A DNA stretch of 64,000 nucleotides from the NCBI RefSeq assembly GCF_001194135.2, contig NC_068987.1, forward strand, positions 1 to 64,000. Direction: 5' to 3'. This document shows, in pieces, positions 11,316-24,775 of this stretch (positions are counted from its first letter, which is position 1; the number at the start of each line of letters is the position of its first letter). A program made the translations under genes and the position numbers. The notes beneath the pieces are model-generated. The model did no database searches, had not been told where the DNA came from, and saw only the letters and a list, made by a program, of their open reading frames with translations. The stretch comes from Octopus bimaculoides. Taxonomy: Eukaryota.

Positions 11316-13981
11316 GAAAATAAACATTTACCGAATCATACAACCTTATGTGAAGTTGATATATTTTCAGACTGTGTAACATCATCAAAGTTTTAGCATC
11401 CAGTTTTCCATGCTTACATAGGTTACATGGAATTTGTCAAAGGTAGTTTTTCTATGGCTGGATGTCCTTGTCACCAACTCTTACCTGTTTCCAAAACAAG
11501 GTAACATTTCCCATAAATAGATATGCTCTTCATGGAAAACAGGAGCAAATGAACATCATCTGCTTGACAGTGGAACTTGTTTACAACCACCACATGATGT
11601 CAAGACATCGTTATACACAAACACATATACATCATCATCATTTCACATCTACTTTTCCATGCTCTGCATGACTCAGACAGAACTAGTTGATGTGGGGGTT
11701 TTTTTTTTACAACCAGATGCCCTTCCTGTCACCAACCCTCACCCATTTTACAAGTAAAGTTATATTTTCCCATGACCAAACATGTCTTGGAAGACACTGC
11801 ATGAATGACAGTAACACACACACATGTACCAATGCCCCGCACATATCTACTGCAACCTCCACCATATATTTCTCTCCATCATTTGCTACAGTCACCTTAA
11901 TCCTGCCCATTCACTCAGACCAAACATTGGTATCACCTCACCTATCCTCACCACCCTCAATGTCCCTGAAGGGCATCTCCTGACATATCTTTGCTATCAT
12001 CTCCCTCACTATCATTCTCCTCATCTTATTCTCTAACTCAATCTTCTTTCTTTTCCAATAGGGGTATCCATGTATCTAAACCATAAAAAAACACTTATCT
12101 GTTCCTCCATACATTTAATTTTTCAACTGGCACAAAGTTACACCCTCTCAAAACTAATCCCCACTCCCAATTGAAGGGATTTTGTGTCTCGAGGTATTTG
12201 GTGATCTTGTTAGTGCCAGTGTCACATAAAAAGCACCCAGTCCTCACTTTGTAAAGTGGTTGGCATTAGGAAGGACATCAAGTTGTAGAAACCATGCCAA
12301 AACAGACAATGGAGCCTGTTAGGGTTCCTAGCTTTGCTAGCTCTTGTCAACTATCCAACTCATACCAGCATGGGAAATAGATCTTAAATGATGATGAAGA
12401 TATATAAAAGATGGACTTCTTTCAGTTTTTGTCAACCAAATACAGCCTCAGACTATAATCAAAGAGACTTGCCCAAGGTGTCATGTAATGGGACTGAAAT
12501 CAAAACCATTTGGTCGGGAGAGTTTCGAGTTCCCATTTCTCAGAATTGTGATGAATGAGAATGTGAAATTCTGAGCAACAGTTTTGTGAATATTTTGCAG
12601 GTTTATATAAAATTAGGATTAGGGTTATATAAAATACTTCTGATTCATCATCTTTCTTCCCCTTAAATATGAGTCACCGTGTAGCTCCACTACAAGAACC
12701 TGCTCTACCCCAACCTCATCCCCTCAAAGCCCATCTAAAATAAGGATGCACTCTTCTCCTTGGGTTTTGTAGACTTGTGAACTGCATGGTAACCTCAATA
12801 ATACTAGTGACATGAAAAAGCACTCAATACACATTGTAAACTGGTTAGCATTAGGAAGGGTATGCAGCTGGGAACACAGTGCAGTCCTCTGATCCAGTCA
12901 AACTGTTCAACTCATGCTACCATGGAACACGGACGTTAAATGATGGTATCATCATTTAACATACAGGCTTTTAATTTTCATCTACCAAATTCGCTCATAA
13001 GGCTATGGTTGGTGACAACAGAAGACACTTGCCTAAGGTGCTGTCCTAAGACCACATGGTTAGAAAACAAGTTTCCAAACAACATAGCCACGCCTTTTTT
13101 TAAATTAGTGAAAGGAAAAAAAAAAAAAACAGTTGTCTTCAGCAAGATTTGAACCAAGTACATAAAGAGATGTAAATAAATTCTGCAATGTTTTTGTTTT
13201 TTTTTTGTATATATTCTATTACATCTGACATTCTTATTTACATCCATACACATACAGAGCCTGTAAACTAGGAAACAAACAGATCTGATGCAAATTGGGT
13301 ACATCATTGATGAGGTCACAAATGATGCCAAAAGGACTTTGACGAATATAGCTGATTGATTGACTGAATGATTAATCAAACAATCGATTATTTAAGTAGT
13401 TGACTAATAATAAAAGAAGTGAAATAGAACCAACGCGTATATTATTGACGTAATGACCGTCCTGAGATACAAAAATATGTTCTAACATACGAGTTCACAC
13501 TAAAAATCTTGCAAACCAAATACAAAAATACTGAAAGTGAATTTTTTGTAAATCTAATAGCTTTCGGTGCTTTCTGGGTATTACTGATTGTTTTTTAAAT
13601 TACATTTTAACTTTATTTACAACATTGGTGTTGATTTTAACACCGCGTGTGGAAAACTGGGATATCATTTGACATTTTAAAGTCAAAAAACAATTTAAAC
13701 AAACGGGAAGATTCCCGTTTGTTTGTTTCTGACAAATGGCATTGACCAAACAATATTCATCGCAGACAATTTGATGTCCCTCACTAAAAACTTTTGTGGC
13801 GACAGAATGGATATAATGGAGTTGACAAAACATATAATATGTCGTATAATGTTTGATACTTTTATAATAAATTCTTATTAAACAATCAGTAAATAAGGAT
13901 ATTTTTTTATATTCTCAAAATAATAATAAATATCAGGAATGGTTAATAGTTTCACTACAAATGACACTTTAGGCTGTTAAT

Positions 13982-14240
13982 ACTTACGGGAATATTTCAC
14001 AAATGACGGTGTCTGGTTGTAGAGAAAATATTTTTGGCAAGATAATATTAGAGCTTTGTCTGGCATTTAATAAATGAAGAAATATTTTTAAAAAGACATG
14101 TTTACATTTAATCAATATTTTCGTTTCTGGGAACCAAAGACGGAAGTGAAAGCTACTCTTACAGCGCATGCGTATCTAGGATTAAACTTTCATTTCTTTT
14201 CCGTCTCACAGCTAATTGTCTCTGTAGTAGTCATGTAATT
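13982..14240 (-). promoter_or_regulatory. Putative promoter and non-coding first exon of gene 1
   Basis: Donor CC|GTAAGT at 13987, ETS-type CGGAAGTG at 14141, NRF1-type GCGCATGCG at 14164-14172, locally CpG-rich. The gene structure is inferred. Confidence 0.55.
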
Positions 14241-15096
14241 GAATTCCATTTACTTACTAGGATGTTTTATAGGAATATTAAATTGATTCAGGGAGGTTAC
14301 TTTGATTGGCCTACATGATAAAGTTGGATTCTTTTTATTAGGGACTTTTGTTTTTTGTGGGTGTGACCAAAATTTCAATATTTCGCATAAAGGGACGAAC
14401 CACCTATGTTAAACTGCTGTTTAGAAGTTGGTTGTTTTGATATTGGAAGTAAATTAAGGCAAACAATTAAACGGAGGACAAATGTAGATTTTTTTTTTCC
14501 TGTATGTAACGAGAATGTTATCAATGGATACTTTCTTTCTCGAAACACTACAACAAAAGCTACGGAGATGAACTTGCATAGCAAGTGGTTTGATCAGAGA
14601 TTATGTGCTGAAAGTAAAGCGACTGCAGAGTGGAAGACACAAGTTAGCCACTCAGAAACACACAATGCCTGTTTAACTTCACGTATATATTTATGTGTCA
14701 AAACTTTCGTCGCTTCAAACTGACAAAGAATTTTGCTGCATCTGAAAATTCTTGAAAATATTGTGGTAGATGGTTTGGGATGTTTCTCTTGATGTTTTGT
14801 TTTTGTTAGGATAGTTTAGTCGTTCTGGTTGGTTGCCCATAGCGGGTCAGTTATTAACGATACATGATGACTTTATCAGCTGTGTTTTCTATATATTCAT
14901 TCTCATTTCTTCCGGCCCTATTATTCGTAGAATACAGTGTTGGTCGGAGAGCTGAAGGTATCACGGAGTTGCTCTCTGGACAGTCGCATGTTAGAGTAGT
15001 TTTAGCAGTAGTAAGGATAGTTCTATATTTAAGAGATGAGGAATTATCTATATTATTTACATTTGACGGATATTTGTCCTCATCTTGTTTGTTGTT

Positions 15097-15138
15097 AACA
15101 CATTTCGGCTGATAAACCCTCCAGCCCTCATCAGGTGT
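15097..15138 (-). ncRNA. Hammerhead ribozyme-like motif with intact CUGAUGA but deleted stem III/cleavage site
   Basis: Minus strand reads ACAC-CTGATGA-G-GGCTG(loop)CAGCC-GAAAT-GTGTT, 3 nt shorter than its partner after GAAA. Confidence 0.5.
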
Positions 15139-15174
15139 ATTGGGGAAATTTCGAACCTGGGTTCTAATTCCGAA

Positions 15175-15220
15175 GGCACGTGATGAAGGCTGGAGGGTAT
15201 ATCAGCCGAAACGTTGTGTT
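15175..15220 (+). ncRNA. Minimal type I hammerhead ribozyme-like motif (C3 to G variant)
   Basis: GGCAC-GTGATGA-A-GGCTG(loop)CAGCC-GAAAC-GTT-GTGTT: stem I, core, stem II, GAAA, palindromic ACGT stem III and a GUU site. Confidence 0.6.
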
Positions 15221-18140
15221 AGCAACAAACAAGATGAGGACAAATATCCATCAAATGTAAATAATGTAGTAGTAATGATAGTTGGGTACTTTTTTTGTTA
15301 TTTCACCCGCATTAAAAGATGGGATTATCTCCCCACTAAAACCTTGGGTTATCTCCCATATGTTGAGTGAGCTTTATATAGGTTTATCTTATTAATTTCT
15401 CTTGAAATTAACTTACATTTAGGACATTGTAAGAACTAATTTAAATCTTAATAAATATTATCTTTTTGAGAAAGCTTTTTCGAAGATAGTTCAGTCGGGA
15501 AGAGTCCATTTGCAAACGCACATACACACATAAGAGGAGAAAAAAGCACACCCTGGGAATGTTGACCCCCATCCTGCACCCACCCGACTCCCACTTTGCC
15601 CCATCCTCCCCCTACAGACACCAACCCTCTGCACACCCCACCAACACAAAGACAAACACACAGGAGCCTTGAAACCGCCTCTCCACGCCCTATGAGAAAA
15701 AGTACGTCACATATGACAGAACAACCAGAGAACATTATGGTGAAATGGAAACATGGGACAAATATGGTAAAAGTAAATCCGGATTACCATGGTGATAGAA
15801 TTGTGTGGTGCCGAACTTGGAACAATTGTCAAGCATAAATGATTATGAATGGTCAAGAAAATTAGTACCAACCAATTACTAAAGTAGATAGATTATCATG
15901 ACCTCCATCATAATTATAATATACACATTCTTCAGAAGGATGACGATTAACAGTGTTTTAAAGTCGTACAAACAGGTTAAAGTCACTCGGAGATGGGGGC
16001 CGAGCTACTTCATTTAATTTTTCATCCATTATTTCATTCATTTTTTTTTTTTGTTCCCACCTTGTATTGTCCCCTCTATGTTGACCCTTGTCGGTAATAA
16101 AGAAGTTTTTACATTTATGGTTTACTTAACACTTAGGCACTACAGTTGAGGTCATGTAAGTCGAAATTTGTTGATAATTATTGCTGGTTTCATGTTTTCT
16201 AAACACTTTGTTCTATAGTCTTATGGCAGTTTGTTGACGCTTTCTCCCTTCTTCAAAGGGGGTAGCATTGGTGTTAAGGATGGAGTATGAAAACCTCAGC
16301 CCCTCGGAGCTTGTGTTCTAAGGAGGAAAAACTGAAGTTTGTAAAAATAATGGAGGAACAAATACAGAAGAAAAGAAATTGTGTTGCAGTGGCCAGGAGT
16401 CGCAGGAACGAAACTGGATTATCAGAACTGAACAACTGTACGAGCATGTTTCGTAGGGAAGGGTGCGATGTATAGGTGTCCCCTCCCAAAGAAGTTTTAA
16501 AAGCAACCAAGGAGAGAACTATCACACACAGGACATACTCTGTAAAAACAAAGAAAATAGAAATCATGTCGACCGTCCAAATTAAAAAAGCTTTAAAACC
16601 AATCTGGCAAGGGATTTCTTACCTCGCAAGAGGAAGGAAGTTTGGAACGGTGGAGGTGTGCTCCTGAGTAGCTTGTGCTAGGCTACACCCTGAAAGACGG
16701 GGGTGGGGGGAGTTACTTGATCCTAACAACAATGTCAATCTTCTTAAGGTATGAGATGAACTCACCCAAGTAGATCACTGGTAATTATTTTCTATCATCC
16801 TAACAAAAAATGAAAGACAATACCAGTTTGGCATCAATCCAACTCATAAGGAATTCCCAAACTACATGAGGTAAAATAACAAAGATGGTTTTATAGTTTA
16901 AACCACTTACTCCTTACAACAGAATATGAAAGTTTAGAGAAATAGCTAACCTTACTTAATATTCAAATTCAGGAAATTTTAGCCCAAATATTTCTTGTTT
17001 ACAGCTGTACAAGCAAAGATGTGCAGAATGAGGAATGTTATTTATGTGCAAATATCAATACTTAGAATAATTTTTTTCACACAACACAAGATAAAAATTG
17101 CTTATGTTGCTAAGTTGCTTCAGATATTACAAATAAAGTATCACACACACATGTTTTTGTTCAAAAACAGTATCAGGTCTTTTGACAGCAATCAGTGACT
17201 GGGAAACCATTCTCCAGGGCCATTTGATTTGCTTACTAATCAACTGACTGATTACATATGTTTGCAGAATATCAATCATCATTAAAATTCAATACCACAT
17301 TATCCTACTATATTCATTTCATTAACAACTTAATAACCTCTAAAATTTAGTTTAAAATTATAGAACTTCAAAGTTAAATAATTAGTAAAGACCAATTTAG
17401 AGTAACTCCTAATATACATAGATCAAGTTAAGGAATTCCTAAGTTTATGGTTGAATCAGCACAAATTTTCATCAGATATTCAACATAAAAAAAAAAGAGG
17501 AAAACAATAATTTGAGAACAATTCAGGTTTATTAACATTTCAGGTTGTTAAGAATGTTTACAAAGGAGTAACGAGACCAGAACTTGAGACTTTGGTCATC
17601 ACAGATGAACAGGAAAAAAGATTCAAGAAACTGTAGCGATATCATATATAAGAGACGTACAACACATGCCAGCAAGCACAACATTGGTGATGATTCACAA
17701 ATTATATTACAATGTATTTAAATTAAACTTAAGGCTACAGTGAGACAAATTAACAATCACAATCAAACCATAAAGAAATAATTAAAAAACATATCTTGCT
17801 AGCCACAGAATAATTTGCCTTGATGGGACACCTAATAAAAATAAACCCAGATACAAGAAAGTTTGCAGAACACACAGATATATACATCGATCCTATTATG
17901 GAATGAGGAAATATTGGCTTATGATTTGTTACTTATACATTAATGAGGTTATTTGAGATTACATTTCATAATGGTAATTGGCAAACCAATAGTATCTTAT
18001 GCAAATGGGCTAAATGCACTTTAAACATGTATTCCATAGATGTAGTTAAGATTAATATGACATGTTGGGAGATTATCCTCACATTGTTACAGCTTGTCTA
18101 TCTACACACGTTTATATTATGGTTACATATTAGGGCTCTT

Positions 18141-18310
18141 AGGTACAGGTGTGGCTGTAGGGCTATGAAGTTTGCACCCCAACCACAGGGTTTTGGGTTT
18201 AGCCCCACTGCATAGTATCTTGGGCAAGTGCATTCTACTTGTCCTAGGCTGACCAAAAACTTTGTGAGTTGATCTAGCAAATGAAAACTGACAGAAGCCC
18301 ATTATATATG
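18141..18310 (+). mobile_element. tRNA-derived SINE 5' part, same family as 48833-49240
   Basis: Clear similarity to the 48.8-kb copy (GGTGTGGCTGT...AACCAC...CCCACTGC...CTTGGGCAAGTG). Confidence 0.75.
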
Positions 18311-18349
18311 TTATGTGTGTATGCGTGTGTGTGAGTGTAAATATACATA

Positions 18350-19660
18350 GATGGTCATCTCATAAGTAATGTCGTTTTTCAGACTGTACATGAAAATGGA
18401 GGTCATGGAAGAGCACATTAGACATGTCATGGCAATTATGCAACAAATACTGTAATAAACGTGCAAAAAGTGTATGGTGAAGGTATTTTGAATATTCACA
18501 AGTGCCAACAATGGTTCCATAAATTTCAACAAGAGGACTTTAGCTTGGAAGATGCCTGTCACACTGGCCAGTGTCTCTTTTCATAATGATGTGTTGAAAG
18601 CTGCTACTGGAAGAAATCCACATGCAACTGTTGAGGAGTTAGCAGAAAAGATTATTTCAATGGCATCAACTGTCCATTGTCACTTTCAAGAACTTGGAAT
18701 AGTGTCTAAGCTTGGTAAAAGTGGGCTTCACAAGAACTGGGTGAAAACAATCAGAGAGAATGTGTCAATATCTGTACTGCTCTTTATTTTTTGAACTACC
18801 TAGTGACTGGTGATCAAAAGTGGATACTCTTTAGTATCGCCAAAATCAATCGGTCCAACCAGAACAAACAACATCATCATCATCATTGTTTAACGTCTGC
18901 TTTCCATGCTGGCATGGGTTGAACAGTTTGACTGAGGACTGGAGAGCCAGATGGCTGCACCAGGCTCCAATCTGATCTGGCAGAGTTTCTACAGCTGGAT
19001 GCCCTTCCTAATGCCAACCACTCCCAGAGTGTAGTGAGTGCTTTTACATGCCACCTGCACGAGGGCCAGTCAGGCGGTACTGGCAACGACCTCGCTTGAA
19101 TGTTGTCTTTCACGTGCCACTGGCACTCGGTAAGTTTTGATAAGTGTTTGATGCAATACACTTTGAAACCTTACAACAAAACTAGACAATTACAGCTCAA
19201 GTGTAATGTTGTAATGTAAGTAAATTGATGAGATGAATGAAAAAAAAAACTAACAGAGAAAAGGTGTCCTTCTAGTCAACTGAAAAGGTGTCCTTTTCCA
19301 TCATGACTATGTCAGATCTCACAACCTGTACCAAGATTGAAGAGCTAGGCTGGGAAAGGCTTCTACATCTTCCATATCCTCCTGCCCTTGCTCCTTCAGA
19401 TTATCATTTATTCCAAATCTTGCAAAATTTTCATGATGGAAAAGAATACAATTCCTTAAAGGCACTTGAAATGGACCTTCGAGAGTTTTTCTCTTCTCAG
19501 ACAGCTGATTTCTATACAAATAGCATAAAAAACATTTTATAGCATTGAAAAAATGTTATTGATTCTGATGGGGAATATATAGTTGATTAAATTGGTAGCT
19601 TACTTGCTTTTTATTTCTTAAAAGCCTACTACAAAAAATGACATTACTTATGGGAGGACC

Positions 19661-19663
<3 letters not shown>
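18350..19663 (+). mobile_element. Full-length decayed mariner (Tc1/mariner) with TIRs and TA target sites, interrupted at about 18875-19130 by an RTE 3'-UTR-type repeat
   Basis: TIRs GATGGTCATCTCATAAGTAATGTC and its near complement, flanked by TA. MEVMEEHIRH, LVTGDQKW and HLPYPPALAPSDYHLF motifs. A (TA)n tract has expanded from the right TA. Confidence 0.88.
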
Positions 19664-19710
<47 letters not shown>

Positions 19711-20129
19711 CCACCCAATTCTTAGATACATTCAACTGTACATGAGGCAGTGGGAATAGCAACATTATTGATAGTGTGTGAATGCAGAGATGCCTGATTG
19801 GCTGAAATATGAAATAGAATCAGCAGATGCATAATAAACATTATCAACCGTATCATATATTTAACGTATACACTATGTTTACTTGCTGTTAGTTTGCAAT
19901 TTGGCATTGTGGAGATCAATCCGCCAAAACACCCTGTATTAAAACACCTGAAAGTCATAGACAAGCATGACGCCACCATCACTTTGAGGGAGTAATCACC
20001 ACCACACCAATTCACAGCCTACTAGCAAACACACATGGAATAAGCATTAAGCATGTGCAGTCAATAACGTTTATTATACTTGCACCACATCTATTTCATA
20101 TTTAAATTTATTCTTATGTATGCATTATA

Positions 20130-20745
20130 GAATGTCTACCCAAGATACAACTTCTTTGCCCCAGCCAATGGATCAAGGTGTGGCAGCTGACTTCAAGGCA
20201 TATTATGAGAACTTTCAAACAACTTCTGAAAGCAATTCACAGGAAGGATAAACTTACAGTTAGAGACTTCTAGAAGAAATTCAACATGAATACAAGTGAA
20301 TAATGGCTAAACTTTGAATAGTAAATATGGCCAGATTGTATCCATGACATTAAAAGTTTTCCTCAAGCATGTATTTCCTCAATACATCAAATTCAAAAAA
20401 ATATTTTGTACTTAAAAAGGACATAGGATTTGAAGAAGTCGTAGAGGATGATGTAACTGAGTTACTAGTGTTCCAGAAAGAAAGTTTATCTAATGAGGAG
20501 TTGATGTGAGAAAAAAGACAAACTGGGAATACAGATGAGACAAAGTTTCACCATTGCCATTTAAATTGTTTAATGAGTTGACACTTGAGAAGAATCTGCA
20601 GCTTTTTGCTGCTAATGGTCCTAATTGTGGATGTAATATAAAAATTACAAGAAGAGTAGACAATAAGCTCAGTTCCTATACTGAGCTGTACAAAGAGATG
20701 ATAAATCATAAACAACAAACAACTTTGGATAAGTTCTTCATCCCT
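20130..20745 (+). mobile_element. Tigger/pogo-type transposase C-terminal remnant
   Basis: Manual translation: PMDQGVAADFKAYY, GFEEVVEDDVTELL...LSNEELM and KQQTTLDKFF. Confidence 0.75.
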
Positions 20746-21413
20746 ACGATAGTAAATATTGTTCCTCATCCACCTAGTAATGCTCGTTCTAACACCACCC
20801 CTCACACAGTAGCTAACATCTTTTGTGGTAAGAATGTACTCTTATGATACTGATTTATATTAATTTCTTAACATATTCCTCTTGAAATGTTTTTGTATTC
20901 CTCTGTGTCTGTATTGTATGTGTGTTTAGTAATTGTAATTTTCATGTATAAATGTGATAATGTTGCTTGTTCTGTTTTCTTCTTTTTTAATTTTGCTAAA
21001 AGAAAATCTGTAGGAACACAATCTCAATATATAAATCAAGAGGAAAAATTTGTTATAGCCAAATTTTCAGGAATGCATTGCTTCTATAAAGTGAGGGATT
21101 CCTGTATATAAAAATTTATGTATTAACCTTCCTGATATACCTGAAGAATTGCTGGAATAATACTGATATGATGTATTATTGCATATCTTCTAGTAAAATG
21201 GTACTGAAACAATTGTAGTAGTGTGTAATAGAATGTGTTGCTCACTCCAATCTCTTTGTTAATACTTTACATATAGATATGTGTGTGTGTGTTATACTTA
21301 GAAGTGATGCACAGTGCCAGAATTTTCAACGCAAGTCTAATATAACAAACTATTTCAAATCCATGTAATTGGAGTCAGGAAAGGTTAGTTTGAACTGGCA
21401 TCAAGGTGTAGAA

Positions 21414-21659
21414 ATTGTAACAATGAAGTCAAACCAAATAATCATACTTTGAAGGCATTTGATATGTTTCAAATCTGCATAATATATATTAGAAAATACT
21501 TCCCATTACACAAGGCCTTCCTCAGTTAATACACTTCGAAAAGGAAGCTCTTGTGCAAAGGGATGTAGCTTCTATTATATATTATGCAGATATAAACACA
21601 TTAAATGCTTTCAAAATAGTCATTTGGTTTCAAAAGTTATTTGGCTTCATTATTACAAT
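21414..21659. repeat. AT-rich imperfect palindrome (MITE-like), about 110-bp arms and short loop
   Basis: ATTGTAACAATGAAG...TTTGAAGGCATTTG...ATCTGCATAATATATA...CACAAG is mirrored by CTTGTG...TATATTATGCAGAT...AAATGCTTTCAAA...CTTCATTATTACAAT. Confidence 0.75.
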
Positions 21660-21961
21660 ATATATATATAAGTGTGTGTTTGTCGCCTTGTCTTGACATT
21701 GTGTGATAGTTGTAAATGATGTCAGTCAAACAAGCATCATCATTTATTACCAATATTCAGTGCAAACAAGACTGGCTTTGCTCTGAAACAAATGATGATT
21801 GGTGATGAAGGACATTGGGCCTTAGAAAATCTGTCTCAATAAATTTCATTCAACACTTCAACCTAGGATGATGATGAAAACATTCCCGACAGAATGGTTT
21901 TTCTCATTGATAAGCTTACTTTCATGCACAAGACATTTTTAAGAGAATGATTTACCACAAA

Positions 21962-23392
21962 TCAGTTATAAGGATTTCTCTTTGTATGAATGAGTTTGTG
22001 TTTAGTTAAATCACCATTTTGAGAGAATGATATACAACAGATATGACAGTGATATGATTTCTCTCCTGTGTGAATATGTATGTGGTTAGTTAAGTTAGAT
22101 CTTTGAGAAAAAGATTTACCACATATATCACAGCAGTATGGTTTCTCTCCTGTGTGAATGCGTTTGTGAGCAGTCAAGTCATGATTTCGAGAGAATGATT
22201 TACCACAGATATCACAAGAATATGGTTTATCTCCTGTATGTATGCGTATATGAGTAGTTAAATCACCATTTCGGGAAAATGATTTACCACAGATATCACA
22301 GTGATGTGGCTTCTCCCCTGTATGAATCTGTATGTGGCTTGTTAAAGTAGATCTTTGAGAGAATGATTTATCACAGATATCACAGTGATATGGCTTTTCT
22401 CCTGTATGAATGCGTTTGTGAGTAGTTAAGACACTTCCCTCAGAGAAAGATTTACCACAAATATCACAGCAATATGGCTTTTCTCCTGTGTGAACACGTT
22501 TGTGAGTTGTCAAGTCATGATTTCGAGAGAATGATTTACTGCAGACATCACAAGAATATGGTTTGTCCCCTGTATGAATGCGTGTGTGAATAGTTAAGTC
22601 ACCATTTCCAGAGAATGACTTACCACAGATATCGCAGTGGTATGGCTTCTCACCTGTATGAATGCGTATATGAGTAGTTAAGTCACCATTTCGAAAGAAT
22701 GCTTTACCACAGATTTCACAACGACAAGACTTCTCTCCAGTATGAATGTGCTTGTGTTTAGTTAAATGATAATTTCGATAGAATGATTTTCCACAAATAT
22801 CACAGTGATATGGTTTCTCTCCTGTATGAGTGTATTTGTGATCTGTTAAGTGCTCATTTCGAGAGAATGATTTACCACAGATATCACAGTGGAAAGGTTT
22901 CTCTCCCGTATGAATGAGTTTGTGTACAGTTAAGTGGTCATTCCGAGAGAACGATTTACCACAGACATCACAGCAATATGGCTTCTCTCCCGTGTGAATT
23001 CGTTTGTGGCCTGTCAAGCCATTTCTTTGAGCAAACGATTTACCACAGACATCACAGTGGAAAGGTTTCTCTCCTGTATGAATCTGTTTGTGTATAGTCA
23101 ATTTACCACTTTGAGAAAACGATTTATCACAAATATCACAGTGATATGGTTTTTCTCCTGTATGAATACGTTTGTGTATAGTTACATCACCATTTCGAGA
23201 GAATGATTTACCACAGACATCACAGTGATATGGCTTCTCTCCAGTATGGATACGTTTATGAGTAGTTAGGTGGCCTTTTTGAGTGAATGACTTTTTGCAT
23301 ATATCACAGTGGTATGTTTTTCCAATTTCTTTCAGTATTCCATTAGGAAAATCAACTGTTTTAGGTTGGGTTTTACATAATTTATTTTCCAT
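21962..23392 (-). CDS. Poly-C2H2 zinc-finger protein (gene 2): 16 fingers, intact
   Basis: 476-aa ATG-initiated ORF with a short N-terminal leader and 16 canonical fingers. Putative acceptor TTATTTCAG ends the intron at 23725. Confidence 0.94.
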   Translation of the reverse strand: MENKLCKTQPKTVDFPNGILKEIGKTYHCDICKKSFTQKGHLTTHKRIHTGEKPYHCDVCGKSFSRNGDVTIHKRIHTGEKPYHCDICDKSFSQSGKLTIHKQIHTGEKPFHCDVCGKSFAQRNGLTGHKRIHTGEKPYCCDVCGKSFSRNDHLTVHKLIHTGEKPFHCDICGKSFSRNEHLTDHKYTHTGEKPYHCDICGKSFYRNYHLTKHKHIHTGEKSCRCEICGKAFFRNGDLTTHIRIHTGEKPYHCDICGKSFSGNGDLTIHTRIHTGDKPYSCDVCSKSFSRNHDLTTHKRVHTGEKPYCCDICGKSFSEGSVLTTHKRIHTGEKPYHCDICDKSFSQRSTLTSHIQIHTGEKPHHCDICGKSFSRNGDLTTHIRIHTGDKPYSCDICGKSFSRNHDLTAHKRIHTGEKPYCCDICGKSFSQRSNLTNHIHIHTGEKSYHCHICCISFSQNGDLTKHKLIHTKRNPYN

Positions 23393-24533
23393 GATTTTTA
23401 TTCTCTCACCACAATATACAGATATGTTTTCCCAATATTTTAAACAAATATATGCACTGCAATATTTCCATCAACTATAATTTCTTCTCAATATCCAATC
23501 TTCAAACTTGTAAATAACCACATATACAAAATTGTCTTGTATATGTTTCAGACAGTAAGGTAGAGAAATTTTCCCAATGTCATCCAGAGGAAATATTTTA
23601 TAATTCTACCATAGATTTATATATACGCAACGTGATATTTGTTCTGTGTAACATCTTCTTTTAGTCTTTAAAACTTTATAAAAACTCATGATGTACTTCA
23701 AGTATGCCATTTGCATTAGATTCGCTGAAATAATAGAGAGACATTATAAGATGTAAGTGGCATTTAAAAAGAGATTCGATATTTTACTACATTCCATCAG
23801 GATAAAGTGTAGATAGAAAACATTTATGTGGACAAACTTTACCTTTTAAATGTTGTTAAAATTAAACCTCACGACAAAATGACAGACTACAACTTTAGTT
23901 TCTGTTTTGTTGTAAGTGTTGCAATAAGAAATAACTCGAAGCCATTCCAACTGTGGCTCTCCAATCAATACATCGTGTAACATATTTAATCTATATAAAA
24001 AGTATTTCATTTTATAAAAATAATAAATGTATAGGATGGATACCTAAAAATATTCTGACAATTTTGTCAGGACTAAAATATGGTTATTTCACATTATAAC
24101 AGTTACAGGAACATAATTTTAACAAGTTTTGTTCTAGTAGGGTCATATGAAATATATGCAAGTTATTTCGTCGCTTTTGTTTCAGTTTAACGTTTTCTAA
24201 TACATTAGAAAACAAAAAGAAACATTAATTAAAATCTATTAATTAAAATCTATTGAACACTGAACACGAAAATAAGGGAAATTTTTACAATTCTCTTCGA
24301 AGATGAATTCTTTTTTTTTTTTTTTTTTTTTTCAATTGTTTTTGATGTTTTGAATGAATCTTGCATTCAAATCATTTGGAAATTATAATAATGTAAACAT
24401 TAACCATTTCTCCTTCTTTGGTAAATTTTGACTTTCAAAGTGAAACAGAAAAAAATATTTATTTACCGAAAAAAAAACAATTAACAATAAATATACAAAG
24501 GTATTGGTTCTGATAAGAGATAAAAGTGAAGTT

Positions 24534-24775
24534 ATTTACCTGAGAAGTGGAATTTGGTGAATGGAAACTATAAAATGCCGTCGTCTTCATACAGATCGAT
24601 TAATAAGTTGTTCGATTATTTATAAACAACGAAGATCAAGAATTCAATGAACGAAAGGAAAACAGTGAAAGTGATGAAAGCTGCAACGGAAGTTGAAGTT
24701 TTGTATTTCTATTGGTCAGTTTAGGGTCATGTGACATAGTTTACACTCACACACACAATCAGGAGGCGGAGACCT
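24534..24775 (-). promoter_or_regulatory. Putative promoter and first exon of gene 2
   Basis: Donor CTCAG|GTAAAT at 24539, CGGAAGT near 24687, CCAAT box (ATTGG at 24711), E-box GTCATGTGAC near 24727, GC-box-like GGAGGCGGAG near 24762. Confidence 0.6.

Larger units (their letters stand above)
14720..15265 (-). mobile_element. Penelope-like element remnant ending in an inverted duplication of its terminal repeat
   Basis: An approximately 83-bp inverted repeat (15052-15134 / 15180-15265) carries hammerhead-like cores. HHR-bearing inverted terminal repeats are typical of PLEs. Confidence 0.6.

Noticed and set aside
13697-13724. Perfect 13-bp inverted repeat AAACAAACGGGAA-GA-TTCCCGTTTGTTT followed by a T-rich stretch, resembling a rho-independent terminator
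   Set aside because: It is eukaryotic intronic DNA and too short to assign a function.
16287-16620. Possible CENP-B/Tigger N-terminal HTH (KEEKLKFVKIMEE...VARS) that might pair with the 20.1-kb Tigger remnant
   Set aside because: Similarity is too weak to support by eye and no TIR was found.
22934-23206. Antisense or alternate-frame ORFs over ZNF genes (also 34683-34919, 43697-44089, 43925-44188, 58302-58922)
   Set aside because: These are shadows of the 84-bp finger repeat with no independent coding signal.
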